64,000 bases of DNA from Minisyncoccia bacterium (GTDB lineage Bacteria; Patescibacteriota; Minisyncoccia; Phycocordibacterales; Phycocordibacteraceae): the NCBI GenBank assembly GCA_038212075.1, contig JBBQUV010000002.1, positions 7,343 through 71,342 of the forward strand, read 5' to 3'. Of this stretch, positions 18,367 through 28,388 are shown one piece after another. A model generated the notes under the pieces. The model did not search any database. It worked only from the letters and a program-made list of their open reading frames with translations, and was not told where the DNA came from. The position numbers were made by a program, and so were the translations under genes. Positions within the stretch are counted from its first letter, which is position 1, and each line of letters opens with the position of its first letter.

Positions 18367-19343
18367 AGGCCAAAGAAGTTAGTGCCATTTGTTTGCCCAA
18401 AATGCACCGCAAGGGCAGCCTGCCCTGACTGATATGAACCATTTTGCGATGCCTGTGCGGAAAGTGCGGCGGTACCAGGGGTATCGCCTGTAGTTCGTAC
18501 GGTAATAATTGGATCGCTTCCGCTCACTTCCCCGTTCACGCTCCACGTAAATGCAGTCTCCCCTGAGAAGAAATAGGGAACGGCACGAAACGCATCTTCA
18601 CCGCCGTTCATTGAGAAAGAAGTTCCTATTGCCATATCGAAATTTGGTCCAGCAAGGGGGCTACTATGATAAATCACCATCAACGGGTCAACGGGCGCAA
18701 CGGTAATCGCAGTGTGTGCCGCCACACTACCATCTGGTGCTGAAACGGTGAGCGAAACATCGGTGTCGCGGTAGCGTATAGGTGCCGTTGCAGAAAGAAC
18801 CGAATGCCCAATACCTGACTGAGCGGTAAGTAGTTGATTACCTACTTTCCATGTATAGATGAGTGTTTCAGGTGCAAGTAATCCCTTGGCATTTCTAAGC
18901 TCTGGAAGTGCAATAAAACGGAGTCGACCCTCAGAAGCAATAAGATTTGCTCCTGCGTAAAAAGGATGGGTTGTCGACATCGGCTCCATCACAAGCGCCA
19001 CGCTCGCCGGACGGATGACTACTGTTTTTTGATACTTTCCTTGGAGCGATTCTATGGACACCACAATAGTGTCTACCGCTCCTCCCGCTCCAACTTGGAA
19101 CGCCGCTCCTTGTGAACCACTTCCCTTACTCAAGACCGTGCCATTTGCTGATATGGTGACAACAGCAGTTGCAAGGTCAACAAGGGTGCTTTGTGGAGTG
19201 ATCGTAACCGTTTCGTACGGTGCAGGGTACTGGGGAAAAATCCCAACCGTAAGCGGGTCGGCTCCGAGCATCTGAGCGTGCACTGGTATGGTGCAGGCAA
19301 GAATGGCAACACAGCTTCCTAAGAAAAATCCCCAATGTCGCAT
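18363..19343 (-). CDS. Secreted Ig-like beta-rich hypothetical protein
   Basis: Signal peptide ending VHA; YTWKV/FTWSVNG strands. Confidence 0.7.
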   Translation of the reverse strand: MRHWGFFLGSCVAILACTIPVHAQMLGADPLTVGIFPQYPAPYETVTITPQSTLVDLATAVVTISANGTVLSKGSGSQGAAFQVGAGGAVDTIVVSIESLQGKYQKTVVIRPASVALVMEPMSTTHPFYAGANLIASEGRLRFIALPELRNAKGLLAPETLIYTWKVGNQLLTAQSGIGHSVLSATAPIRYRDTDVSLTVSAPDGSVAAHTAITVAPVDPLMVIYHSSPLAGPNFDMAIGTSFSMNGGEDAFRAVPYFFSGETAFTWSVNGEVSGSDPIITVRTTGDTPGTAALSAQASQNGSYQSGQAALAVHFGQTNGTNFFGL

Positions 19344-19392
19344 AGATAAAGTATACCGCCTCCATGCACATCATCGAAAAGTGCACTGGGTA

Positions 19393-20217
19393 CTAAACGA
19401 TGTACTTCATAATTCCGGAGGCATGCATTTTTTCAAGTGCTCCGTTGAATAGTTTGACGATTTTCTTTTCCTTATAGAACGCCATTAGTACGATAATGGT
19501 ATTTGCAGGGATAATTTGTAGAAACGGTATAATTTCAATAAGAATTGCAATAAAAAGGCGTTTCCAAAGCCACTTAATTACGGCTTTTTTCCACCAGCCG
19601 CCGCTAATTTTATTCCACGTCCACAACGTTAAGATGGCGCCGAGCACAATCCCTAAAAAAGAAGCAAGAATTACTCCAATACCTGTTAAATCTGCAGGTA
19701 GATCAAGAATATCTTTAGCAAGACCAACACTAAACATGAAAATAGGGAACGAAGGTTTGGCTGGCGGTGCCTCGGTCGCCAATTTTTGAGCATCAGTTGT
19801 ATGGAATTCCTCTCCTTTCTGTCTGAAGTCTTCCGCAATATCATCTAAGGTTTTGTGTATATGTGCACGTACGAGTTGAGGACTTACTCCATTTATGGAA
19901 TAGCGGGATCGCGAGGTAGTGACTTCGGACTCGCTTTCAGTTTCTTCTTCATATTCAGATTCTTCCTCTTCGGAATCTTGTGATTGTGTAGAAGAACGTA
20001 GTTGCTGGAACCGTCGTGTATTTCGTCCGTAGCGTGCAATTCCTGATTCAGTTTCAGCCGCACCAGCCGCCGCTCCCTCAGACGTTGCCGCACCCGCGGC
20101 TCCTTCAGCAGCGCCGGCTGCTCCAGTGGCAGCCAATCCTTCTGCGGCCGCTCCCCCTACAACCGCTCCTTCCGCCGCCCCACCAGCAACCGCTGCTGCA
20201 ACGATGAGTGGTGGCAT
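19393..20217 (-). CDS. Hypothetical membrane protein with Ala/Gly-rich N-terminus and acidic tract
   Basis: 274 aa, C-terminal TMs (IEIIPFLQIIP); directly after the VirB4-like gene. Confidence 0.7.
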   Translation of the reverse strand: MPPLIVAAAVAGGAAEGAVVGGAAAEGLAATGAAGAAEGAAGAATSEGAAAGAAETESGIARYGRNTRRFQQLRSSTQSQDSEEEESEYEEETESESEVTTSRSRYSINGVSPQLVRAHIHKTLDDIAEDFRQKGEEFHTTDAQKLATEAPPAKPSFPIFMFSVGLAKDILDLPADLTGIGVILASFLGIVLGAILTLWTWNKISGGWWKKAVIKWLWKRLFIAILIEIIPFLQIIPANTIIVLMAFYKEKKIVKLFNGALEKMHASGIMKYIV

Positions 20218-20220
20218 AGA

Positions 20221-22050
20221 TTATTGCGCTCCCCCGCCGCCTTCCGCGTCTAACCGATCTTTTTCACGCTTTATAGAAAGGAGTTGTGAAGGATCGGAAG
20301 TGATAATTTGGTCTTCGGTGTATGACGCCACTATTTTTATGGCAACGTGTTTAAGCCCTGCAAAAAAGAGCCCCTCCCCTACTCCGGATTCAAGAAGCAG
20401 ATATTTTTCCTCGTCGGTAAGATTGAACGTTTTCTGGAGCACATCAATAGTGGTCGGTGATTGTTTTAATAAAAGCTGGATAGAAGAGTTTGTCAGAATG
20501 GGGCGCCCGTATGGTGAGGTTAAGAAGTCTTCAACGTCTTGGGTGATAGTTGCAACACCAAGGAAGTATTTGCGTCCGCGTTTTGCAAGCGAATAGAGGA
20601 ATGATGCCGTATCTTCCGACTTCATCATCCACCACGCTTCGTCGATAACAAGCAGACGTTTTTTGAGCTCACGACGAATGGCATTCCAAATGAAGTGCGT
20701 GATGATATACATCGCCACCGGTTTTAGTTCGTCTTCCATATCTCGCACCGAGAACACAATGAATTGTTTGTTGATGTCGACGTTTGTTGGCTGGTTTAAG
20801 AAACCTGACCACGTACCATGGGTATATTTTGACAGACGTTGCACCAGCGACTCACTTCCTTCCATGCCAGAAAGCACGGCTTCAAAGTCGGAGAGGAGTG
20901 GTGGCTCTACACCGCTAAAGTCACGATCGCCTGAAATATCTTTTAAGGCATAGGTCTCACTAATGGCACGGTCAACAATAGCGTCTTCCTCTGGCGTGAG
21001 CCCGCCAAGCATAATGCGGAAGAGTCCAACAAGGGTGATGATGTTAGAGCGAAGAATATCGCCTGGTTCCTCCCCTTCTCGTACTACCGGAAGATCAAAG
21101 GGGTTGATGTGGTGTTCACTCGAAAGAGAAATATCGAACATGCGTCCACCAGCCGCTTCCGCAAGATATTCATACTCACGTTCTGGGTCAATCACAATCA
21201 CGTCGGTATCAAACATAAGCGAACGAAGAATTTCGAGTTTCACCGCAAATGACTTTCCGGAACCAGACTTTGCAAAGGTTACGGAGTTGTAGTTTTCAAG
21301 CGAGAATCGATCAAAAAGAATGAGCGAAGAGTTATGGCGGTTAATGCCAAAGAGAATGCCGTGGTCACTCGTAAGATCAAATGATACAAACGGAAAGATA
21401 GAAGAAAGTGGCGAAGAGTTGAGTTTTTGATGCACATTCAATTCATCAAGTTCCAGTGGAAGTGTGGAGCGGAAACCTTGTTCCTGTTGAAACAGTGCTG
21501 GCTTTGTATATACGAGCTTCGCATCCAAAATACCGCGAATTTCACCCTCAACCTTATCCAATTCTTCTTTTGAGTTTGCGTAAAGGGTCATATAGAGCCC
21601 AATCTCAAAGAGTTTTTCCTGCACTTGTTGGAGTTGATCGCGCAGATTTTCAATATCTTGGTATGCCGTATCAAGCATTGGGTCGCGTACCAATCCTTTT
21701 TGTTCGCGTTCTGCTATCTGGCTCTGCACTTCCGCGACTTTCTTTTGAAATTGACGAAGCACCTCACCTGTTTCAAGTGGGTGTATGAAAATACTGATAT
21801 CAAGTACTTGGTCGAGGTTAATGATGGGCGTAAACCAACTATCAGTCAAAAAGCGTGGATAGGAAATAGTGTAGTAGGAACGGGCAAATTTTTCGCCAAG
21901 TTCAAGTTCGCGAGCACTTACTTTGAGCGCCGCCGGCGCAATCATGTCGGCTAAATCAAGTGCGCCCTGCGCATAAATATCACGCGGCAAAATCGGCGTA
22001 ATTTTCGGGTCTTCTTTTTTCCCGCGATTAAGAAAATCAAGTAATGCCAT
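20221..22050 (-). CDS. VirB4-like (TraE/ConE-type) T4SS ATPase
   Basis: AKSGSGKS Walker A, VIDPEREY, INPFD, VIDEAW Walker B, KRGRKY, ITQ. Confidence 0.92.
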   Translation of the reverse strand: MALLDFLNRGKKEDPKITPILPRDIYAQGALDLADMIAPAALKVSARELELGEKFARSYYTISYPRFLTDSWFTPIINLDQVLDISIFIHPLETGEVLRQFQKKVAEVQSQIAEREQKGLVRDPMLDTAYQDIENLRDQLQQVQEKLFEIGLYMTLYANSKEELDKVEGEIRGILDAKLVYTKPALFQQEQGFRSTLPLELDELNVHQKLNSSPLSSIFPFVSFDLTSDHGILFGINRHNSSLILFDRFSLENYNSVTFAKSGSGKSFAVKLEILRSLMFDTDVIVIDPEREYEYLAEAAGGRMFDISLSSEHHINPFDLPVVREGEEPGDILRSNIITLVGLFRIMLGGLTPEEDAIVDRAISETYALKDISGDRDFSGVEPPLLSDFEAVLSGMEGSESLVQRLSKYTHGTWSGFLNQPTNVDINKQFIVFSVRDMEDELKPVAMYIITHFIWNAIRRELKKRLLVIDEAWWMMKSEDTASFLYSLAKRGRKYFLGVATITQDVEDFLTSPYGRPILTNSSIQLLLKQSPTTIDVLQKTFNLTDEEKYLLLESGVGEGLFFAGLKHVAIKIVASYTEDQIITSDPSQLLSIKREKDRLDAEGGGGAQ

Positions 22051-22052
22051 AG

Positions 22053-22715
22053 CTACTGTGGTCGATCATACACTGCCGGACTCGCTCCTTGCTGGTGTAT
22101 CGGACTTTCAAGCTCACCCAAGTTGAACGAACGGTACAAAAGTTCAATTACTTCTTCGGTACCAAGTGCCGCGGCACGCACGCCTGAACCCGAGAGCCCA
22201 CCAGCAACAAGCGACATGCGTTGCTCAAGCTGTATGCGGTGTTCATCAAAGGATGTTGTAAATTCAGTCGCTCCTGACCCTGACGAGTGACCAAGAAATG
22301 GCAATGATGTCTTTATGGCACTGATACCGGGAGCACTGTATGGCACGATGACGTAGAACGTTTTTGCCATAATGTTTGCGGCATCGGAAAATCCGCGTAC
22401 AAATTGTATATACTCGCGTACCTGAATTTTCATTAGCTCTGTTCCCTGGAGCGGTTCGCGCTCAGCCAGAAGTGACAAGTACGGACGGATATCCATTTTG
22501 CGAGAGTGCACTACAATTTGGATTGAAAAATCAAGGGTATTTAAAAAGTTTTGGAATCCGCCAATAATTCCACGCTGTTCGTCTTCTGATTTCAGCGCGA
22601 AGTTGACTGACGAACACATAAGTACGCCGCGATAACCACCGTCTTTAAGGAGAATAACGCCGTTGCGTACTTCTTTCACAGGAACAAATGTTTGTGTGGC
22701 TTTTGTGTCAGGCAT
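22053..22715 (-). CDS. TraC-like/VirB4 N-terminal-domain protein
   Basis: SSVNFALKSEDEQ..FQNFLNTLDFSIQI; between PrgI and VirB4; start at MPDTK. Confidence 0.75.
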   Translation of the reverse strand: MPDTKATQTFVPVKEVRNGVILLKDGGYRGVLMCSSVNFALKSEDEQRGIIGGFQNFLNTLDFSIQIVVHSRKMDIRPYLSLLAEREPLQGTELMKIQVREYIQFVRGFSDAANIMAKTFYVIVPYSAPGISAIKTSLPFLGHSSGSGATEFTTSFDEHRIQLEQRMSLVAGGLSGSGVRAAALGTEEVIELLYRSFNLGELESPIHQQGASPAVYDRPQ

Positions 22716-22716
22716 A

Positions 22717-23145
22717 TTACTGATCGAGCTGTTCGTTACTGCGTATGTCAAGCGACCACGCTAGGTCGTGAAGCTTCCCGCGAGTGAGTCCAAGTTTTGC
22801 ACGAGCGTTTTTATCTGTCTTCGGTGCCGCTTTCGGCGTCATTGCCTCAATCTCTTTGTCGGTTTTAGGTATTTTTTTCCATAAATACAGCCTCCCTCCC
22901 GTGAAGTATACAAACCCTGCTTCCAAAATATCTTCAAAAGGCTTGTTGTTGACGCGGTAGAACGCCAGTGCACCTGTAAGTCCAGCAACAGGAAGCGCAA
23001 CAAGGACAGCAAAAAGTAACGGAAGGTAGAAAAAAGCGATAGCGCATACGCCCGCACCGCCCGCAATATAAATAAATTGCTTCAGCGTGAATGGTCCGAA
23101 AATCTTATCTTCAATCTCAATGAATTGAGGAACTTGGTACTCCAT
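22717..23145 (-). CDS. PrgI-family (VirB3-like) protein
   Basis: YQVPQFIEIEDKIFGPFTLKQF followed by two TMs. Confidence 0.85.
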   Translation of the reverse strand: MEYQVPQFIEIEDKIFGPFTLKQFIYIAGGAGVCAIAFFYLPLLFAVLVALPVAGLTGALAFYRVNNKPFEDILEAGFVYFTGGRLYLWKKIPKTDKEIEAMTPKAAPKTDKNARAKLGLTRGKLHDLAWSLDIRSNEQLDQ

Positions 23146-23183
23146 TCCTTTAGTATATCAGCCCGCACACGCACATTGCGTCG

Positions 23184-23777
23184 TTAATGACTGCTAGAAG
23201 ACGCGGGCTTGCTTGAGCCACTTGCTGACTTACCCGCACCTCCACCACTGCCAGCAAATTTTCGAATTTGCACGCCAAGCCATCCTATAAGAAATGGAAA
23301 TCCAAACAACAACTCAAGAGCACCCATACTCATTCCAATTGAAGCACCAAACCCAACCGTGTGGCCAGTAAGTGCCGCCGCACCAGAATAAGAAGCTGCC
23401 CCAGCCCCCGCGATACCTGCCGCCGCCGCGCTCCCTGCCCCAGCGAGTGTCCAGAGAGCAACAGCTCCTGCCCCGCCAGTAAACGATGCCCCACTTGCGT
23501 ACCCACTTCGCATAAGGGAAAAGAGAGACTTTTTTTCAACAGAAGGTACCGCCGCGGTTTGCGGCGGTACAGTATTCGGCTGAACACCTACCGACTCATT
23601 TGGTTGCACTGCCCCTCGCTCACGTAATTGCTGGAGACGTTCCGCACGTACCGTTACCGTTTCGGGGTCTGGTGGAGACACAACGGGATTACTTTCAACC
23701 GTTACCGGTTGTTCTTGCGTTACTTCGTCTTGGTGAGGGTTCTGTTCTAGACCTCGTTCGGGGGTTGATTCAGCCAT
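23184..23777 (-). CDS. Hypothetical protein with Gly/Ala-rich TM segments
   Basis: 197 aa; disordered N-terminus, GxxxG-rich hydrophobic region. Confidence 0.65.
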   Translation of the reverse strand: MAESTPERGLEQNPHQDEVTQEQPVTVESNPVVSPPDPETVTVRAERLQQLRERGAVQPNESVGVQPNTVPPQTAAVPSVEKKSLFSLMRSGYASGASFTGGAGAVALWTLAGAGSAAAAGIAGAGAASYSGAAALTGHTVGFGASIGMSMGALELLFGFPFLIGWLGVQIRKFAGSGGGAGKSASGSSKPASSSSH

Positions 23778-23799
23778 TACCCACTAGAATACCACTTCT

Positions 23800-24657
23800 C
23801 TATTCGGGTGTTTCGCGGTACGGATCAACACCATAGTTTTTAAGTACCGCATGGAGTGAATCTTTTGTTGTTGGCGCGGCGGTTGTTTGAGGGTCTTGTG
23901 CCGGCGTTCCAGCTGGCGTTGGTCGCCATTGCGGTTGTACAGGCGGCATCTGTGGAGGTTCAGGCAGTATTGGTGTTGGTAGCGGAACTGGAACAGAAAC
24001 GGGTTGTATGTAAGGAGCCATAGACGGCAGTTGTGCAGGAAGCGGTGTAGGTACGCTTGGCACAGACGGTATCGAAGAATATGACGCAGGTGGCATCGTT
24101 GGCATAGGAAGCCCTGTTTCTTTTGGAGCAAGGGGTTCATATCGCGGCATAGTTGGTGCGGATTCTTGGGGGATCTCCGGTTGTTTAATCGGGGCACTTG
24201 CTTGTGCAAAAATTGCAGGCGGTGGCGGTGGTTGCTTTACCGGCATGGGCGCTACATATAAAGGAGCGCTTTCTTCGGGGATAGGCGTTGCGACCGGCGT
24301 GGGTGCGGGTATGGGTTCCGGTGTTGGTTCTTCTTGAGGCTCCGCCGGTGGCGCATTACGTATTTCATCGCGAAGTACCTTGAAAACTCGCTCGTTCAAC
24401 GCACTAATGATTGCGTCTGCGCTTGCGTCCGGTACCCCCATTTGGGCAAGTTCAGACTGGAACTGCACGGGACTTGAAAGCCCAAGGAGCATATTTGTTG
24501 CCGCCTGCGCGATTAGTCCAACCGTGTCTACATGCAGTCCGTAGGTTCCTGCCAGTTCTTGTAATAATTCAAAGAGTTTTGTGCTCGCAATATACGCACG
24601 TACCGGTTCCGGTAGTTTTTTATATGCATCACCCATTTGTTCAGGAGTAGGATTCAT
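23800..24657 (-). CDS. Proline-rich hypothetical protein ending in DPYRE
   Basis: ~100-aa helical N-domain, long Pro-rich linker, C-terminal YGVDPYRETPE. Confidence 0.75.
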   Translation of the reverse strand: MNPTPEQMGDAYKKLPEPVRAYIASTKLFELLQELAGTYGLHVDTVGLIAQAATNMLLGLSSPVQFQSELAQMGVPDASADAIISALNERVFKVLRDEIRNAPPAEPQEEPTPEPIPAPTPVATPIPEESAPLYVAPMPVKQPPPPPAIFAQASAPIKQPEIPQESAPTMPRYEPLAPKETGLPMPTMPPASYSSIPSVPSVPTPLPAQLPSMAPYIQPVSVPVPLPTPILPEPPQMPPVQPQWRPTPAGTPAQDPQTTAAPTTKDSLHAVLKNYGVDPYRETPE

Positions 24658-24662
24658 ACGTT

Positions 24663-26933
24663 TTATATTCTGCGTCCGCGATTACGCGTGTTATCTCCAG
24701 CCGCCCCTCCCGCACTGCGGTAGTTATTGGCATTACTCGACTGCGTTCCACCTCCGGCAGGCGCGGCGGGTGGTGCTTTTACCTTCCAGTTCATTTGACC
24801 GGCGGAGAATGGGTTTTTGGCAAAATATGCTTCGATATCTTCACGCTGCTTCCCTGTCGTCGTCAGAAGTTCAGTACGTAATTGCTCAAGCTGTTTCGGA
24901 TTGAATTTATTTTTTGTGAGTGCGGCTTGAATAGCAGATGCATCAAAGGCTTTCAGAAGTTGTTTGTTTTTAACAATAACCTCAGCCTCAACTTTCATTT
25001 TCGTTTCCGCATTCATGTTGTTCCAAATCTGGAGGGACTCAGGATGACCGCGCTCAATTCTTCCGGCAGGCGTGTTTTGTCGCGCCATTTTACGGAGCGA
25101 ATCTGACAAGTCGTCACTTTTATCCAATGCTTCCAATTGGGTCTCCTTAAGCGCACTCTTAAATTCCGTAGTGTCATGCTGGATAATTCTCTTGAATTTC
25201 TCGTTGTCTGCCTTTGCCAATTGAACCAAATCCTTAGTAGTGAGATCTTTCGCGTTTGATTCATCGTAGCGTGCAAAACGAGCTGTACCCATTTTATGTT
25301 GAACATCTTCAGGCACTTCCTTGCTATCCATCAGTTTTGCAAATTTCTCCGGACTCAATACCTCACCAAGTTTTTTAACTTGCTCGTCGCTCATAGTCTT
25401 AATAGCCTCCTCAAGACCGTGCAAGTTCATCTCACGAGCGCGACCCTCAGCTTCTTCCTTATCTGCTGGGTTACCGCTTTGTGCCTTATCGAGAGCATCT
25501 TTCAAATCCTGCCCCTCAAGTGCAAGGTGCAATTCTTTGCCGCGTTCTTTCAGTTCTTTCTCACGATCATCATGTGATTGGAAACCTCCAATTTTTGCGC
25601 CAGAGGCACCCTTTAGACCAGAATTGATACCATCATCAACGGCTGTGCCCGCAAACCCAACTGCCCACTTCCCCACTTTGCCACCAAGTGTTGTTGGCTT
25701 CCAGAGGGCGTGTTTCTGCGCACGTTGCCCCGCTTTTACGTTGTATGCCTTTCTGAGTGCCGCGGCACCACGGCCAACAGTTTCGCGACCAAGAACGGCA
25801 AAAGGATACGACACCGCTTTCGTAGCAATGTTTGTGGCAAACGCCGCTCCATAGGCACCCATCTCTTTTGCCACCGTAAGTGCGGTAATCAGAAAGCCAA
25901 TGACAAGAGCGAAAAGAAACAGTGTGGAGAATGTCCCTGGCCCGCTTGGGTTAAACATGTCGGTAAGAGGGGCGCTAAAAAGATCGGGATTAGACGCGGC
26001 AACACCTTCGCCTATTTTGAGACCGACAAACACTAAGAGAAGAAGCACGGGAGCAAAAAAGGACTGCGCAAGAAGCGTATCCCACCATTTTTTGGCATAG
26101 CCCTCAAGAAACGGCACGGCAAGACCCGCAAAACCGATAGGTGAAAGCACCATAAGAAATACCAGCACCACCGCGCGAGTCATAAGCATGATGGCCATCG
26201 CTATCAATACCATCATTAACACCAACTCAACGACAGAGAGGCCCAGATACCCTGTAAGTCCAAAGTCGTATTTAAACCCGGGGTGTATTACGGTATTTAC
26301 TTTACTGTCACCCATTATCATTCCTGCAACTCCATAGTTCGGATTTGCAGCACAGCTTGTATCTAAAAATGACTTTTTCAAACAACCACTCCCATCTTGG
26401 TTGATAGATTGGCTGTAAAGAGCCGCACTTAAAACGTTCGACACATCAATAATTGCTTGAGACGCGAGAAGACTGAAGTTTAAAAGCACGGCAAAAATGA
26501 TAAGGCGTGGGAGCGTTTTTTTCACTTCGTAGCCATGGATGTCAAGAATGGTTGCAACGCCCATAAAGACGAAACCAAATATGAGTCCGATGTTGGCTAC
26601 ATCGCGAAGTACACCCCAGCCCGCGTAGATACCTCCATTTTTCCCAAGGAAAGCGGCAAATCCAAAAACAGTTTCCGAAATAATAATATTAAAAAGAAAT
26701 GCGGTAATGGAAAGAAAAACACCAATAAGTTCATAAATGGCATACCCAATACCGCTAAACGCGCAGGTAATTGGGCTACCGACACAGCCGACAAAATTAA
26801 ATAAAGCATCCGTTGCTCCAGCATGAGCAACTATTGGTACTTCAAGAATCAATACCAGTACAAAGACAGATAAAATGCGCCAAGGCCCTTTACCGTAGGT
26901 GGCGAAGAGTTTTTTAAAGGTAGTCCTCACCAT
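24663..26933 (-). CDS. VirB6/TrbL-like polytopic membrane protein with long basic/helical C-tail
   Basis: GWGVLRDVAN, LIIFAVLLNFS, RAVVLVFLMVLSPIGF, AKKWWDTL, FFAP; many TMs. Confidence 0.8.
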   Translation of the reverse strand: MVRTTFKKLFATYGKGPWRILSVFVLVLILEVPIVAHAGATDALFNFVGCVGSPITCAFSGIGYAIYELIGVFLSITAFLFNIIISETVFGFAAFLGKNGGIYAGWGVLRDVANIGLIFGFVFMGVATILDIHGYEVKKTLPRLIIFAVLLNFSLLASQAIIDVSNVLSAALYSQSINQDGSGCLKKSFLDTSCAANPNYGVAGMIMGDSKVNTVIHPGFKYDFGLTGYLGLSVVELVLMMVLIAMAIMLMTRAVVLVFLMVLSPIGFAGLAVPFLEGYAKKWWDTLLAQSFFAPVLLLLVFVGLKIGEGVAASNPDLFSAPLTDMFNPSGPGTFSTLFLFALVIGFLITALTVAKEMGAYGAAFATNIATKAVSYPFAVLGRETVGRGAAALRKAYNVKAGQRAQKHALWKPTTLGGKVGKWAVGFAGTAVDDGINSGLKGASGAKIGGFQSHDDREKELKERGKELHLALEGQDLKDALDKAQSGNPADKEEAEGRAREMNLHGLEEAIKTMSDEQVKKLGEVLSPEKFAKLMDSKEVPEDVQHKMGTARFARYDESNAKDLTTKDLVQLAKADNEKFKRIIQHDTTEFKSALKETQLEALDKSDDLSDSLRKMARQNTPAGRIERGHPESLQIWNNMNAETKMKVEAEVIVKNKQLLKAFDASAIQAALTKNKFNPKQLEQLRTELLTTTGKQREDIEAYFAKNPFSAGQMNWKVKAPPAAPAGGGTQSSNANNYRSAGGAAGDNTRNRGRRI

Positions 26934-26936
26934 ACG

Positions 26937-28388
26937 TTAGTGCAGGATCGTACTGCACGATGTGGCAATGTTTTTCATTTGCGTATAGAGCGACGGGGCA
27001 GAATTGTCTTTGGTATCTTGGGACTCAGTCTCTGCATAAGCTAGGTCAGTAGCGGAAGGCATAGAAGGGTCATGGAGCGCATTTTGAAATTCTATTCCTA
27101 CATCCGCAGTTTTTGTAGCATCAGATCCGGCGGCAGTGGCGTCCGTCTGGACTTTTTGTAAAAGGCTAAGAGCAGTTGTTGCTTTAGTGAGCGCCGCGCC
27201 AGCATCGCTCAGTGTTTTTGTTACGAGCGCGGTATTTTGGTCATTTGCTCCAGTCACACAACTGGTAAGTGCTGTTTGTGCGGTCTTTGCTATCGACTGA
27301 ATCGTCTGCCAATTTGTTTGAAACTGCGTTATGTCTTTTGTTTGAGACGCAATAGCATCGCTTACATTTCCGGAAATATTTCCTGCGGCACCGTTGTACT
27401 GAGAGGGGTCGGTTGCCTTATCGATAAACCCGTTACCGCCCGAAGAAACGGAAGAAACACCAGAGAGCCCACTGCCACCAAGTACATTACTGGTAAGTTG
27501 AGACATAAGCGCACTTACTATTTCGTTAAATTCGTCTGCCGTCACAAGAGTGTCCCCTGTAAGACCAAGTGTTTTGTTTATCTGTGATTGAATCACGGAT
27601 CCGGGTGTTTGGACGGGGCCACATCCAGAGCCAGAGGTGTCACGTGCGCCGAGTTGTACTGTGGCCTCGGAACCCGAGGAACCGCCACTCGGGCAATTGC
27701 GCCACGAAAGGAATCCATTGCCCCAATCGAGCTCGGTCTTTTGAACGGTTTTTGCCGTTTCAGTTTGATTCGATAGCTCCTCCTGGCCAAGACGCTGAGC
27801 GCCCAACGGATTGTTTTCCGGATTTGCAACAGCAGAAAAGAATGCGCTAATACCACCCTTAGAAAAATCGCCACCAAGAAACGCCGTATCGTCAGGAGTT
27901 ACTTTATTTAATGTGTAGGGGTGTGATTGGGTAAACGAATCTTTACTGGTTGAAAGATAGTATTTGCTCCCTACGCTTTGGGCAATTTGGCTTTGAAATG
28001 GCGAACGAAGCGCGGGGTCGCTTGCGAGTTTGGCGAGGAAACTACCTGCAACACGGTCGCTCACTTGCTGAAGGGTGCTGGTAAGGTCGGTTACGAAGGC
28101 CGGCGAGCCTTGGAATCCAGAATTAATCCAATTCACCATACTTTTGGTCATCGTTTGGATAGCCATTTTGCTCACCATCCACGCAAGAGGGTCAAGGGCG
28201 AACTCTTTATTATTCGTCGCAAATTGGAGCGCCTTCGTGGCGATCGCGATGATATGGGTAGCCCCTGTTTGAATTTCGGTTACGATATCTTCAACCGGGT
28301 ACGCATATGCCGGTTTTGGGATGCTCCAGAATGAACCGCTAAGGAGCAAAAGTGCGATGAGCGCAGATGCGAGTGATCGTTTTTTCAT
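26937..28388 (-). CDS. Secreted helical protein, possibly VirB5-like
   Basis: Signal peptide ending AYA, then YPVED; WINSGFQGSPAFV; helical C-terminus; next to the VirB6-like gene. Confidence 0.55.
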   Translation of the reverse strand: MKKRSLASALIALLLLSGSFWSIPKPAYAYPVEDIVTEIQTGATHIIAIATKALQFATNNKEFALDPLAWMVSKMAIQTMTKSMVNWINSGFQGSPAFVTDLTSTLQQVSDRVAGSFLAKLASDPALRSPFQSQIAQSVGSKYYLSTSKDSFTQSHPYTLNKVTPDDTAFLGGDFSKGGISAFFSAVANPENNPLGAQRLGQEELSNQTETAKTVQKTELDWGNGFLSWRNCPSGGSSGSEATVQLGARDTSGSGCGPVQTPGSVIQSQINKTLGLTGDTLVTADEFNEIVSALMSQLTSNVLGGSGLSGVSSVSSGGNGFIDKATDPSQYNGAAGNISGNVSDAIASQTKDITQFQTNWQTIQSIAKTAQTALTSCVTGANDQNTALVTKTLSDAGAALTKATTALSLLQKVQTDATAAGSDATKTADVGIEFQNALHDPSMPSATDLAYAETESQDTKDNSAPSLYTQMKNIATSCSTILH

